DNA of 63,957 bases, counting the filler, from Actinomycetota bacterium (GTDB taxonomy: Bacteria > Actinomycetota > Acidimicrobiia > IMCC26256 > VFJJ01), in assembly GCA_009886115.1 (NCBI GenBank). It is 5 parts of 5 records of this genome, joined end to end, with 100 filler letters (N's around TTAATTAATTAA, not from the genome) between each part and the next. Parts side by side here need not be neighbours in the genome. Positions count along the whole stretch, not along the records: positions 28,502 to 44,605 come from VFJJ01000223.1; positions 44,706 to 58,925 come from VFJJ01000008.1; 3 more parts are not named here. One strand, written 5' to 3'. The notes beneath the pieces are model-generated. The model saw nothing but the letters and a program-made list of their open reading frames with translations. It had not been told where the DNA came from and did not search any database. Positions 40,272-51,282 of this stretch are shown here, piece after piece. A program made the translations under genes and the position numbers. The first letter of the stretch is position 1, and every line of letters starts with the position of its first letter.

Positions 40272-40925
40272 GTGGTCGACCTCGATCGCCTCCCCGACCT
40301 CGACCCCGCCACGGTCGACCCCGATCCGATCGCGCAGTTCAACGCGTGGCTCCGGGAGGCTCGAGAGACGCAGCCCCGGTGGGCCGACGCCATGGTGCTG
40401 GCAACGGTGGGGACCGACGGAAACCCATCGGCTCGGGCGGTGCTGCTGCGGGGACACGATGTCGACGGGTTCCGGTTCCACACGAACCGCGACTCGCACA
40501 AGGGCCGTGAGCTTGCCGTGAACCCCAAGGCGGCACTGGTGTTCCTGTGGTGGGGAGTCGAGCGGCAGGTACGGGTCGAGGGGGTCGTCGAGCATCTGAG
40601 CGACGCCGAGTCGGATGCTTACTGGGCCTCCCGTCCTCGGGGGAGCCAAGCCTCGGCCTGGGCGTCGCCGCAGAGCGAGGTGGTGGCCGAGCGGGGCGCA
40701 CTCGACGCCGCCGCCGCGGCGATCGAAGCCCGCTTCGGCGACGATCCGATACCGCGTCCCGCGCACTGGGGCGGATTCCTGCTACGGCACACCAGCGTCG
40801 AGCTCTGGCAGGGCCGCACGTCGAGGTTGCACGACCGGGTCCGGTACCGCCCGGCCGCCGTGGCCGAAGGCGGCGCGACGGAACTGCCGATCCGCACCTG
40901 GGTCACCGAGCGCCTGGCACCCTGA
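40272..40925 (+). CDS. pdxH: Pyridoxamine 5'-phosphate oxidase
   Basis: MVLAT, RQVRVEG, SRPRGSQ, WGG, ELWQGR..RLHDR, ERLAP. Confidence 0.93.
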   Translation: MVDLDRLPDLDPATVDPDPIAQFNAWLREARETQPRWADAMVLATVGTDGNPSARAVLLRGHDVDGFRFHTNRDSHKGRELAVNPKAALVFLWWGVERQVRVEGVVEHLSDAESDAYWASRPRGSQASAWASPQSEVVAERGALDAAAAAIEARFGDDPIPRPAHWGGFLLRHTSVELWQGRTSRLHDRVRYRPAAVAEGGATELPIRTWVTERLAP

Positions 40926-40932
40926 GCCACGC

Positions 40933-41781
40933 GTGCTCGTCGCCACGGTCCTCGCCCTCACGGCCGCCGTCCTGCATGCCGGTTGGAACCTGGCCGTCAA
41001 GACCAGCACCGACCGGTTCCTCGCCCTGTGGGGCCAGTTCGTCGTGGGCGGAGCGATCGGCGCGGCCGGGCTCGTCGTGTTGGCGCTGACCACCGGCGAC
41101 ACCGTCGAGGCCGGGGCCCTGCCCTGGGCCGCGCTGTCGGCGCTGTCGCATCTCCCGTACGCGCTGCTGCTCGCTGCTGCGTACGACCACGGCGACTTCT
41201 CGCTCGTGTACCCCGTCGGCCGGGGTGCCGGCGCGCTCGGCGCGGCCATCGGTGGGGCGTTGCTCCTCGACGACCGGCTCTCACCGGGCGGGTGGATGGC
41301 CGTCATCGTGGTGGCAGGCGGGCTGGCCTCGTTCGTCCCCCGGGGCTCGTCGGGACGGGGCTTGCGCGACGCATGTCTGTTGGCGGCGGTCATCGCCACC
41401 TACACGCTGCTCGACGCTCAGGGCGCCCGACGCTCGACGGGCGTCGGCTACGTGCTCTGTATCTATGTCGGCGCCGGGGTCGTGATCTCGGCGTACGGTC
41501 TGGCTCGGGGTCGGGGGCACGAGTTGCGCGAGCTCGGCCGGACGAGCGCTGGCCGGCGCTCGGTCGGGCTCGCCGGGGTGGCATCGGTGGTCACATACGG
41601 GCTGGTGCTGGCGGCCGTACGTCGGGCTCCGGTGGGCTACGTGGCTGCGTTGCGCGAATCGTCGGTCGTGCTGGCGGCCGTCATCGGATGGCGGCTGCTG
41701 GGCGAGCCGTTGGGCCGGGCCCGGATCGCGTCGTCAGCGGTCGTCGCCTCCGGTTTGATGCTGCTCGTCGCCTTCCGCTGA
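40933..41781 (+). CDS. EamA/DMT-family transporter
   Basis: AVLHAGWN, GDFSLVYPVGRG, VAALRESSV; about 10 TM. Confidence 0.88.
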   Translation: MLVATVLALTAAVLHAGWNLAVKTSTDRFLALWGQFVVGGAIGAAGLVVLALTTGDTVEAGALPWAALSALSHLPYALLLAAAYDHGDFSLVYPVGRGAGALGAAIGGALLLDDRLSPGGWMAVIVVAGGLASFVPRGSSGRGLRDACLLAAVIATYTLLDAQGARRSTGVGYVLCIYVGAGVVISAYGLARGRGHELRELGRTSAGRRSVGLAGVASVVTYGLVLAAVRRAPVGYVAALRESSVVLAAVIGWRLLGEPLGRARIASSAVVASGLMLLVAFR

Positions 41782-41847
41782 CGCCTCGCAGTCCGCCCCG
41801 CCCCGCCCCGGTCGCCCCGGCCCGGTCGCCCCGGCCGCCCCAGGTGG

Positions 41848-42969
41848 TCAGTCGTCCATCAGGCCGTTGAGGCGCTCGGTGGTGTCGATCCACTCCTCGA
41901 CCATGCTGAGCACCACATCCCGGGCGGGACGTACCCGGTCGATGCTGCCGACGATCTGGCCGACGGGGTACCCGGCGAAACCCTTGTCGTGCACCCTCGA
42001 GAAACGCTCGGCGGCCTCGCCGTAGAGCAACCCCTGCAACGGCATCGGGAGCGGCTCGGGAGCGTCGGGCCGGTCCCAGGCCTCGGTCCACTTCGTGCGG
42101 AGCTGGCGGGCGGGCTTGCCGGTCATGACCCGGGCCCGGACGGCGTCCTTCGACGTGGCCGCCAGCAGGTTCTCGGTGACCTCGGGGAACATGTCGGCCT
42201 CCTGGGTGAGCAGCCAGACCGAGCCCGTCCACACACCCTGGGCTCCGAGCGCCATGGCCGCTGCCATCTGGCGACCGTCGCCGATCCCGCCGGCGGCGAG
42301 CACGGGAACGGACGGGCCCACCGCGTCGACGACCTGGGGGACGAGCACGAACGTCGAGATCTCGCCGCAGTGGCCGCCGGCTTCGGTGCCCTGGGCCACG
42401 ATCACGTCGACGCCGATCGAGACCTGCCGCTCGGCGTGTTGCTTCGAGCCGACGAGCGCCCCGACGAGGAGGCCGTTGTCGTGGCACAGGTCGACGATGT
42501 ACTTGGGCGGCGGCCCGAGCGCGTTCACGACCATCTTCACGCCGGCGTGGCCGAGGGTGACCTCCATCTGGCCCGGGCCCTCGGCGTCGACGTTCAGGCC
42601 CGCAGCCTTGGGCGCCCGGTGCTCGAAGTCGTCGGGAAGGCGCGGGATGCCGGCCTCGTCGAGCAGACGGTGCACGAAGTCGCGATGTCCTTGGGGTATA
42701 AGGGTTTTCAGGTACTCTGGCGTGGCCTCGGCTCCACCGCCTTGACCCACGTACTTGGCCGGCATGGCGAAGTCGACGCCGTAGGGGCGCCCGTTGACAT
42801 GCTCGTCGATCCACTTCAGCTCGATCTCGAGCCGGTCGGGCTCGTACGCCAACGCCCCGAGCACGCCGAAGCCGCCGGCGTTGGTGACGGCGGCCACGAC
42901 GTCACGGCAATGGCTGAACGCGAAGATCGGGAACTCGATACCGAGCTGGTCGCAGATCGGGGTCCGCAT
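41848..42969 (-). CDS. Nitronate monooxygenase-family flavoprotein
   Basis: PIFAFSHCRDVV, AQGTEAGGH, LAAGGIGDG, GAQGVWTGS. Confidence 0.88.
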   Translation of the reverse strand: MRTPICDQLGIEFPIFAFSHCRDVVAAVTNAGGFGVLGALAYEPDRLEIELKWIDEHVNGRPYGVDFAMPAKYVGQGGGAEATPEYLKTLIPQGHRDFVHRLLDEAGIPRLPDDFEHRAPKAAGLNVDAEGPGQMEVTLGHAGVKMVVNALGPPPKYIVDLCHDNGLLVGALVGSKQHAERQVSIGVDVIVAQGTEAGGHCGEISTFVLVPQVVDAVGPSVPVLAAGGIGDGRQMAAAMALGAQGVWTGSVWLLTQEADMFPEVTENLLAATSKDAVRARVMTGKPARQLRTKWTEAWDRPDAPEPLPMPLQGLLYGEAAERFSRVHDKGFAGYPVGQIVGSIDRVRPARDVVLSMVEEWIDTTERLNGLMDD

Positions 42970-42981
42970 CAGGGTCTCCTT

Positions 42982-43027
42982 GGAACGGGAATCGGGATCG
43001 GGAACGGGAATCGGGATCGGGAACGGG
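42982..43027. repeat. 18-bp tandem repeat GGAACGGGAATCGGGATC/G, about 2.5 units
   Basis: Seen directly. Confidence 0.8.
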
Positions 43028-43070
43028 TGCGCTCACCGGGGAGTGTCGCAGATCGGGCGCGGCGACGCTC

Positions 43071-43424
43071 TCAGCGGGTCATCTCGAGCCACTCGCCGTG
43101 TCCCGGGTCGAGCCAGCCCCGGTGGGCGCAGGGTCGGCGCTCGTCGACGACGTAGAGGTGGACGGTCGGTGCGTCGTCGGCCAGCTCCAGCAGGTCGCGC
43201 TGGCGCGGGTGGGGCGCCGACCGTTCGAGCAGGCTCACCAGGGCTGACGCCGCGAGGACCCGACTGGCGCACAACAGGCACGCCGAGACCGTGGCGTCCT
43301 CAAGGCCCCCCGCGAGCTCGAGGAGCGCTTCGGCCTCGGCCTCGTCGAGCCAGACCTCGCCGTCGTCGCAGTCGATGATCCGAAGCCCACCCCGGGTGAA
43401 GGTCTCGGCGTCCGTCCCCGTCAT
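43071..43424 (-). CDS. Hypothetical protein with CxxC and CxH (possible Zn site)
   Basis: 117 aa; CLLC...CAH; fills the intergenic space with protein-like composition. Confidence 0.6.
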   Translation of the reverse strand: MTGTDAETFTRGGLRIIDCDDGEVWLDEAEAEALLELAGGLEDATVSACLLCASRVLAASALVSLLERSAPHPRQRDLLELADDAPTVHLYVVDERRPCAHRGWLDPGHGEWLEMTR

Positions 43425-43497
43425 CGATCGCGACCCTACTCGGGGTCGCGATCGGACACCGGCCGAACGAGGGAAGAGGCGCGTAGGCTCGTCGCCC

Positions 43498-44532
43498 ATG
43501 CGAGCTGTCACCTTCGTTGCCGAGCCGACTCCTGCAGCGGGCGGGGCCGATCGCCCTCGGGCCCGGTCCGCGGCGATCGTGGTCGCCGACGACCGCACGG
43601 TGCCCGATCCCGTGGCCGACCAGGTCGTGGTCCGGGTGCACGGCGCCGGGCTCAACCGCGCCGACCTCGTCCAACGCTCCGGCGGCTACCCGGCACCTCC
43701 CGGGGTTCCCGCAGACATTCCCGGGCTCGAGTTCGCCGGCATCGTCGAAGCCGTCGGCGATCAGGTCCGCACCCTCCGGCCCGGGGACCGCGTGTTCGGC
43801 GTCACCGGGGGCGGCGCCCAGGCCGAGTACGTGCTCACCGTCGAGGCGTGTTGCGTCATCGTTCCCGCCAACCTCGATCTGGTGCCGGCCGGCGGCATCC
43901 CCGAGACCTCCATCACCGCGCACGACGCCCTCTTCACCCGCTGCCGCCTCGCTCCGGGCGAACGGGTGCTCGTACATGCGGTCGGATCGGGTGTCGGGAC
44001 CGCCGCCGTCCAGCTCGTCAAGGCCATCGGTGGCTTCGTCGTGGGGACCGCGCGCACCCCCGACAAGCTGGAGCGAGCCCGAGGGCTCGGGCTCGACCAC
44101 GGCATCTGTGTCGGGCGCGAGCTCGACCCTCGGGCCGTGGCGCTCGAGATCGCGTCGGTCTGCGACGGGATCGACGTCGTGCTCGATCTCGTCAGCGGTC
44201 CGTATCTCGGCATCGACGTCGCCGTGTGCGCACCCAAGGGCCGGATCGTGCTCGTGGGCTCACTGGCCGGCGCGGCGGCGGAGCTGTCGATCGGCGCCGT
44301 CATGGTGAAGCGTCTCGAGATCCACGGGACGGTGCTGCGGCCCCGGACGCTCTGGGAGAAGGCCATCGCCACCACGGCGTTCGCCGCGCAGATCGTCCCC
44401 ATGCTCGCCTCGGGTCGCATCTCGCCCGCACCGGTCGTGGAGGCGGTGGTGCCGCTGGCCGATGCCGCGGCTGCCTACGACCTGCTGGCGAGCGACGCGA
44501 CGTTCGGCAAGGTCATCCTCGACTGCCGCTGA
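43498..44532 (+). CDS. NAD(P)H:quinone oxidoreductase (PIG3/MDR family)
   Basis: GLNRAD, GGYPAPPG, PGLEFAG, GSGVG, FGKVIL; TAGGCT 8 nt upstream. Confidence 0.9.
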   Translation: MRAVTFVAEPTPAAGGADRPRARSAAIVVADDRTVPDPVADQVVVRVHGAGLNRADLVQRSGGYPAPPGVPADIPGLEFAGIVEAVGDQVRTLRPGDRVFGVTGGGAQAEYVLTVEACCVIVPANLDLVPAGGIPETSITAHDALFTRCRLAPGERVLVHAVGSGVGTAAVQLVKAIGGFVVGTARTPDKLERARGLGLDHGICVGRELDPRAVALEIASVCDGIDVVLDLVSGPYLGIDVAVCAPKGRIVLVGSLAGAAAELSIGAVMVKRLEIHGTVLRPRTLWEKAIATTAFAAQIVPMLASGRISPAPVVEAVVPLADAAAAYDLLASDATFGKVILDCR

Positions 44533-44605
44533 CGGCCGAGACCTCGGACCCCGCCTCGACCTGCACCCACCGTCTGGCCGACGCCGGGCCGCCGCCGGGC
44601 CGGAG

Positions 44606-44705
44606 NNNNNNNNNNNNNNNNNNNNNNNNNNNNNNNNNNNNNNNNNNNNTTAATTAATTAANNNNNNNNNNNNNNNNNNNNNNNNNNNNNNNNNNNNNNN
44701 NNNNN
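44606..44705. other. Artificial contig spacer
   Basis: N run with TTAATTAATTAA. Confidence 0.99.
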
Positions 44706-44773
44706 GCGTCGCCAGGGCCGTCACCCGGAACCGCACGGTGCGGGTTCGTCCCACCCCGCCGGAGCGGCTCGGT

Positions 44774-44781
<8 letters not shown>
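44706..44781 (-). CDS. Probable sensor histidine kinase N-terminus, cut by contig end
   Basis: MAE...TVRFRVTALA; overlaps the response regulator stop. Confidence 0.6.
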
Positions 44782-45448
<667 letters not shown>

Positions 45449-45542
45449 CGCGTGTGTCCTCGATTGGGGAGGAAGTACGGGGCTCCGGCCGACTCGGGCG
45501 CCAACCATCGCGCCGGACGGGCGACGAGCGTCGCCGATGCAC

Positions 45543-45672
45543 CCTGAACCGCTCCTGAACGTAGCTGGTCGAGACCCGACGGTGACCGGCGAGCTGCGGG
45601 CGGCCCGCTCAACGTCCGCCGAGCCCATCCCGTGCCGCGGCGGTCGTCATCGGCGGTCAGGCTGGATTCAGG
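45543..45672. promoter_or_regulatory. Two oppositely oriented 11-bp-period direct repeats, putative OmpR-type operators
   Basis: CCTGAAC-N4-CCTGAAC at 45543-45560 and TCAGG-N6-TCAGG at 45657-45672 in the divergent region. Confidence 0.55.
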
Positions 45673-45720
45673 AGGCGACCGACATGATCGCTGCATCAGA
45701 TCGCCGACCCGGAGGACATC

Positions 45721-46047
45721 ATGAAACGACGCACGACCATCCTGCTCTCGAGTGCCATCGCCGTGGCCGCCATCGCCGGCGCCACCGGCTTCAGCGCCCT
45801 CGGCGACGACAACGAACGACCGATCACCGGAACCGATCTCGAACGGGCCAGCGCAGCCGCGCTGGCGCACACCGGGCAGGGACGGGTGTCCGATACCGAG
45901 GTGGGTGACGAGGACAGCTACTACGAGGTCGAGGTCACCCTCGACGACGGCTCGGAGACCGACGTGCAGCTCGACGCCGACTTCAACGTGGTGAGCACCG
46001 AGGCCGATACCGAGACCGAGACCGAGGAGTCCGGCGACAGCGACTGA
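45721..46047 (+). CDS. Secreted PepSY-domain protein
   Basis: Signal peptide; YEVEVTLDDG..DVQLDADF; GGAGG RBS. Confidence 0.85.
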   Translation: MKRRTTILLSSAIAVAAIAGATGFSALGDDNERPITGTDLERASAAALAHTGQGRVSDTEVGDEDSYYEVEVTLDDGSETDVQLDADFNVVSTEADTETETEESGDSD

Positions 46048-46048
46048 C

Positions 46049-46099
46049 CTGCCACCGAGCTGTCACCGAGCTGTCACCGAGCTGTCACTGAACAGTCAC
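46049..46099. repeat. 11-bp tandem repeat CTGTCACCGAG, about 4.5 units
   Basis: Seen directly between the PepSY gene and ask. Confidence 0.85.
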
Positions 46100-46194
46100 A
46101 GGCGGCGCCCGCTGGAGCGCCCGTCCGTCCCTCGAGGGCCCGTCCAGGAAAGAATCCCGGGCCGGGCCCTCGACGCTGGTACCCTCCAACGTCC

Positions 46195-47412
<1,218 letters not shown>

Positions 47413-47413
47413 G

Positions 47414-48523
47414 ATGAGCGGAGCGTCTGAACGACGTTGGGGGGGCGACGACGTACGGGTCGGCCTCATCGGGGCCACCGGCCTGGTCGGCACCGAGATG
47501 CTGGCGATCCTGGCCGAGCGGAAGTTCCCCGTCGGCGAGCTGCGGGCCTACGCCTCGGCCCGAAGTGAGGGACGGGCCCTGCCCTTCGCCGGCGGGCCCG
47601 GGCGCGACCGGCCCGACAGCACCGGCGGACCCCGCTCGGTGGTGTGCCAGACCATGAAGGACGGCTGCTTCGACGGGCTCGACCTCGTGATCGTCGATGT
47701 CGACGATCCGATCGCCCTGGAGTGGGCCCCCATCGCCTCCGCCGCAGGCGCCCGGGTCATCGACAACTCGGCGGCGTTCCGCATGGATCCCGACGTCCCG
47801 CTCGTGGTGGCCGAGGTGAACCCCGAAGACCTGGCCGTGTTGCCCAAGGGCATCGCGTCGTGCCCCAACTGCACGACCATGGTGCTGCTCACGGCCATCG
47901 CGCCGCTGCACCGCGCTGCCAGGATCAAGCGGATGATCGTCTCCACGTACCAGGCCACCTCCGGGGCCGGCCAGGTCGGTATCGACGAGCTCGACGAGCA
48001 GTCGTCGAAGTACGGGCCGGGCCAGGCCGAGGTGCTGCGCCGGGCGGGCACGAACCCCGACGCGCTCCGTCCGGGCAACGTGTGGAAGCGTCCGATCGCA
48101 GGCAACGTGATCCCCCTCGCCGGGTCGGTGAAGGAAGCCGGCTACACGTCCGAGGAATGGAAGCTCGTGCGCGAGAGCCGCAAGATCCTCCACGACGAAA
48201 CGCTGGCCATATCGGGCACCTGCGTTCGGGTACCGGTGTTCGTGGGTCACTCGATGAGCGCCAACATCGAGTTCCACCGGCCGGTGTCGAAGGCCGAAGC
48301 GGCGGCGCTGCTGGCGGTCGCGCCCGGCGTGTCGTTGGTCGACGGCGGCGACGGCTGGCCCACGGCGCTCGAGGGGGCTGGCATCGACCCCGTGCTCGTC
48401 GGCCGTCTGCGCGAAGACCCGTCCCTGCCCGGCGCCATCGACCTCTGGGTCACCGGCGACAACCTCCGCAAGGGCGCCGCGCTCAACGCCGTCCAGATGG
48501 CCGAGGTCATGTTCGCCCGCTGA
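47414..48523 (+). CDS. asd: Aspartate-semialdehyde dehydrogenase
   Basis: GATGLVG, DNSAAFRM, PNCTT, TYQATSGAG, CVRVPVFVGHS, DNLRKGAALNAVQ. Confidence 0.96.
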   Translation: MSGASERRWGGDDVRVGLIGATGLVGTEMLAILAERKFPVGELRAYASARSEGRALPFAGGPGRDRPDSTGGPRSVVCQTMKDGCFDGLDLVIVDVDDPIALEWAPIASAAGARVIDNSAAFRMDPDVPLVVAEVNPEDLAVLPKGIASCPNCTTMVLLTAIAPLHRAARIKRMIVSTYQATSGAGQVGIDELDEQSSKYGPGQAEVLRRAGTNPDALRPGNVWKRPIAGNVIPLAGSVKEAGYTSEEWKLVRESRKILHDETLAISGTCVRVPVFVGHSMSANIEFHRPVSKAEAAALLAVAPGVSLVDGGDGWPTALEGAGIDPVLVGRLREDPSLPGAIDLWVTGDNLRKGAALNAVQMAEVMFAR

Positions 48524-48570
48524 CGGGCTGACGGGTCGCCGCCGCGCCGGCCCGAGACCAGGACCGCCTG

Positions 48571-48622
48571 CGACCAGGAGTGAGGAGTGCCGGCTCTGCG
48601 CCGTACTCCTCACTCCTGGTCG
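48571..48622. repeat. 52-bp palindromic element, family A copy 3
   Basis: CGACCAGGAGTGAGGAGT / ACTCCTCACTCCTGGTCG perfect 18-bp arms. Confidence 0.88.
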
Positions 48623-48666
48623 GCGGTCGATCGCTGCTCCCGGTGACATATTGATGCAGTGCTGAT

Positions 48667-48918
48667 ATGCTTCGATGTACGAGAACGACGATCCGACTCG
48701 ATCCGGCCTTGCTGTCCGAGGCGAAGGCGCATGCGGCCCGCTCGGGACGGACGCTGACCAACCTCATCGAGGAGGCTCTGCGCGAGGCACTCAGCCGGGG
48801 TGCATCGACGCTCGACACCGCGCCGTACCGGGTCGAGGCGTTCTGCGGAACCGGGCTTGCGCCCGGGGTCGATCTCGACGACTCGGCCGCCCTGCTCGAT
48901 CTCATGGAGGGGAAGTGA
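48667..48918 (+). CDS. vapB: VapB ribbon-helix-helix antitoxin
   Basis: RTTIRLD..LL.EAK..AA..GRTL..LIEEALR, PGVDLDDSAALLD. Start uncertain. Confidence 0.85.
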   Translation: MLRCTRTTIRLDPALLSEAKAHAARSGRTLTNLIEEALREALSRGASTLDTAPYRVEAFCGTGLAPGVDLDDSAALLDLMEGK

Positions 48919-49349
48919 TCCTCCCCGACGTCAACGTGCTCGTGTACAGCCACCGGGCCGACGTTGATCGACACGACGACTACCGGACGTGGCTCGAAGA
49001 CCAGGTGAACAGCGACCGGGCCTTCGGCGTGAGCGAGCTCGTCCTCAGCGGCTTCGTGCGCGTCGTCACCCATCCCCGGATCTTCAGTCAGCCGACGCCG
49101 CTCGACGTGGCGCTGCACGATGTCGAGCGGCTCCAGCAGCGCCCCAACTGCGTGGTCCATCGCCCGGGGAGCCGTCACTGGGAGATCTTCGCCGAGCTCT
49201 GCCGGCGGGCTGGGGCCAAGGGGAACCTTGTCGCCGACGCGTACCACGCGGCCCTGGCGATCGAGTCTGGTAGCGACTGGGTCACGACCGATCGCGACTT
49301 CGCCCGCTTCCCCGGGTTGCGCTGGCGTCATCCGCTCGAACCCGAGTGA
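48915..49349 (+). CDS. vapC: VapC PIN toxin
   Basis: ILPDVNVLVY, GNLVADAYHAALAIE, TTDRDFARF; GTGA overlap. Confidence 0.92.
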   Translation: MILPDVNVLVYSHRADVDRHDDYRTWLEDQVNSDRAFGVSELVLSGFVRVVTHPRIFSQPTPLDVALHDVERLQQRPNCVVHRPGSRHWEIFAELCRRAGAKGNLVADAYHAALAIESGSDWVTTDRDFARFPGLRWRHPLEPE

Positions 49350-49476
49350 CCCACCGACCCGGCCGCATCGGATACGCCGAGCACCTGTGTGTCCGCGAGC
49401 GTGCAGGCGCGCCTGCTCGCGGGTGCTCGGTGTCCTCGCAGGTGCTCGGGATTTCGGAGGTCGCTAGCGTGTCGGC

Positions 49477-50715
49477 ATGAGCGAGACCACTGCCAGGGCC
49501 GCCGAGTCGATGCGTACCGCACACGACACCGCCGAGTACGACGTGCCCTCCTACGCCGAGTGGGACCGGGCTCAGCCGTATGCCACCTGGGCCTCGGCGC
49601 GAGCCCGAACCGCCGTCCAGCCCGTCCCGCCGGGGATGGGCGGATCCCGGCCGGGACATCACGTGCTGCGCTACGCCGAGGCCGAGGAGGTGCTGCGCGA
49701 TCCCGAGACGTTCTCGTCGCGCATCAACATGGAGCACATCGGGCAGTTCCACGGCGAGATGATCGTGGGCATGGACGGCGCCGAGCACCGGGCCTACCGG
49801 AACCTCGTGGCGCACGCGTTCCGGGCGTCGAAGCTCGAGCACTGGGGGCCCGACCTCATCGAGCCTGTCATCACCGATCTGCTCGACCGCATCGCCCCGC
49901 TGGGAAAGGCCGACCTCGTCGCCGACGTCACCGGCCGCTATCCGGTCCAGGTGATCCTCACCATCGCCGGGGTGCCCCGTGACGACCACGAGCGCTTCGC
50001 CGTGTGGGCCGAGCACCTCAACCTCGGGCCCCTCGATCCGCCCCGGGGCTTCGCGGCCAAGGACGCCATGCGGGCCTACCTCAAGCCGATCATCGAGGCC
50101 CGCCGGGCGCAGCCGACGGGCGATCTGATCAGCGAGATCGTGCACGCCGAGATCCCCGGGCCCAACGGGGCCATGGAGAAGCTGCCCGACGAGAGGATCT
50201 ACGGCTTCCTGGGCCTGCTGCTACCGGCCGGGGCCGAGACGACGTTCCGGGCCATGGGCAACTGCCTGTACGCGCTGCTCACCCATCCCGAGGCGCTGGC
50301 CCGGGTGTACGCCGACCGGAGCCTGCTGCACAACGCCGTCGAGGAGACGCTGCGCTGGGAGTCGTCGGTCACCATGGTCAGCCGAGTGGCGACCCGCGAC
50401 ACCGTGGTGGGTGGATGCCCCATCGCAGCCGGCGCGCCCGTCGGTGTGATCACGGCCTCGTGCAACCGTGACGAGGCCCGCTACGAGAACCCCGACGAGT
50501 GGGATCTCGACCGTCCGCTGGGCAACCTCATGACGTTCGGCACGGGCCCCCACCAGTGCCTCGGGATGCACCTGGCCCGCCTCGAGCTGCGGGCCGGGCT
50601 GTCGGCCATCCTCGACCGGCTCCCCAACCTGCGCCTCGACCCTGCTGTCGCCCACCCCGAGATCGTCGGCTACCCCTTCCGCGGCCCCGCCACCCTCCCC
50701 GTGCTCTTCGGCTGA
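49477..50715 (+). CDS. Cytochrome P450
   Basis: AGAETT, EETLR, FGTGPHQCLG. Confidence 0.95.
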   Translation: MSETTARAAESMRTAHDTAEYDVPSYAEWDRAQPYATWASARARTAVQPVPPGMGGSRPGHHVLRYAEAEEVLRDPETFSSRINMEHIGQFHGEMIVGMDGAEHRAYRNLVAHAFRASKLEHWGPDLIEPVITDLLDRIAPLGKADLVADVTGRYPVQVILTIAGVPRDDHERFAVWAEHLNLGPLDPPRGFAAKDAMRAYLKPIIEARRAQPTGDLISEIVHAEIPGPNGAMEKLPDERIYGFLGLLLPAGAETTFRAMGNCLYALLTHPEALARVYADRSLLHNAVEETLRWESSVTMVSRVATRDTVVGGCPIAAGAPVGVITASCNRDEARYENPDEWDLDRPLGNLMTFGTGPHQCLGMHLARLELRAGLSAILDRLPNLRLDPAVAHPEIVGYPFRGPATLPVLFG

Positions 50716-50751
50716 GCGAGCGCGGCGGGCCCCGAGCGGTCACCCCACCAC

Positions 50752-50799
50752 CAACTGTCAGCGTGGCGGGCCGGATCCGGCCCGCCACGCTGACAGTTG
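50752..50799. repeat. 48-bp perfect palindrome, family C copy 2
   Basis: CAACTGTCAGCGTGGCGGGCCGGA is followed immediately by its exact reverse complement; between convergent genes. Confidence 0.9.
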
Positions 50800-50802
50800 C
50801 GA

Positions 50803-51282
50803 TCAGAGGCGCCAGTGCACCAGCGTGAACGCGGGAGCCGCGAGCGACTCCGATGCCGGATGGTCCTCGAACACCGCGGTCGCCGGGGCGCCGATCGGGA
50901 TGACGGCGTCCTCGGCGAGCGGACCGTCGGCACCGGGCATCAGGTTGCCGACCACACGCACGCCGTCGGCCTGGGGGAGCTCGACGACGAGCACGATGTA
51001 GGGCACGGCGTGGGTCACGGCCGGATGGGCCGGATGCCAGACCCGGGTCCACGAGTACACGACGCCCGTCGGCGAGACCGCCTCGAACGCGCGGTCACGG
51101 GAATGGCACCGGTGGCAGATCCACTCGGGGCCCCATTGCCATGCGCCACACGGCCCGCAGCGCTGGACGCGCAGCTCGTGGGCGAGCGTGCCCTCCCAGT
51201 ACGGAGCGTCGAGCCCATCGGGCGACGGCACCGGCCGAGGCAGCCCGTCGGGCAACAAGAACTGACCGGTCGCCGCTGTCAC
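50803..51282 (-). CDS. DUF35 Zn-ribbon/OB-fold protein
   Basis: CGPC...CHRC, GVVYSWT, PYIVLVVEL; GTGA-coupled to the thiolase-like gene. Confidence 0.9.
   Translation of the reverse strand: MTAATGQFLLPDGLPRPVPSPDGLDAPYWEGTLAHELRVQRCGPCGAWQWGPEWICHRCHSRDRAFEAVSPTGVVYSWTRVWHPAHPAVTHAVPYIVLVVELPQADGVRVVGNLMPGADGPLAEDAVIPIGAPATAVFEDHPASESLAAPAFTLVHWRL

Noticed and set aside
46050..46194. Lysine riboswitch upstream of ask
   Set aside because: Region is short, repeat-filled and has a -10-like box 9 nt before the start; no riboswitch features recognised.
49377..49449. Extended hairpin after vapC (CCGAGCACCTG...CAGGTGCTCGG) as an ncRNA
   Set aside because: Single copy in the window with no family match recognised; likely a terminator or REP-like structure.
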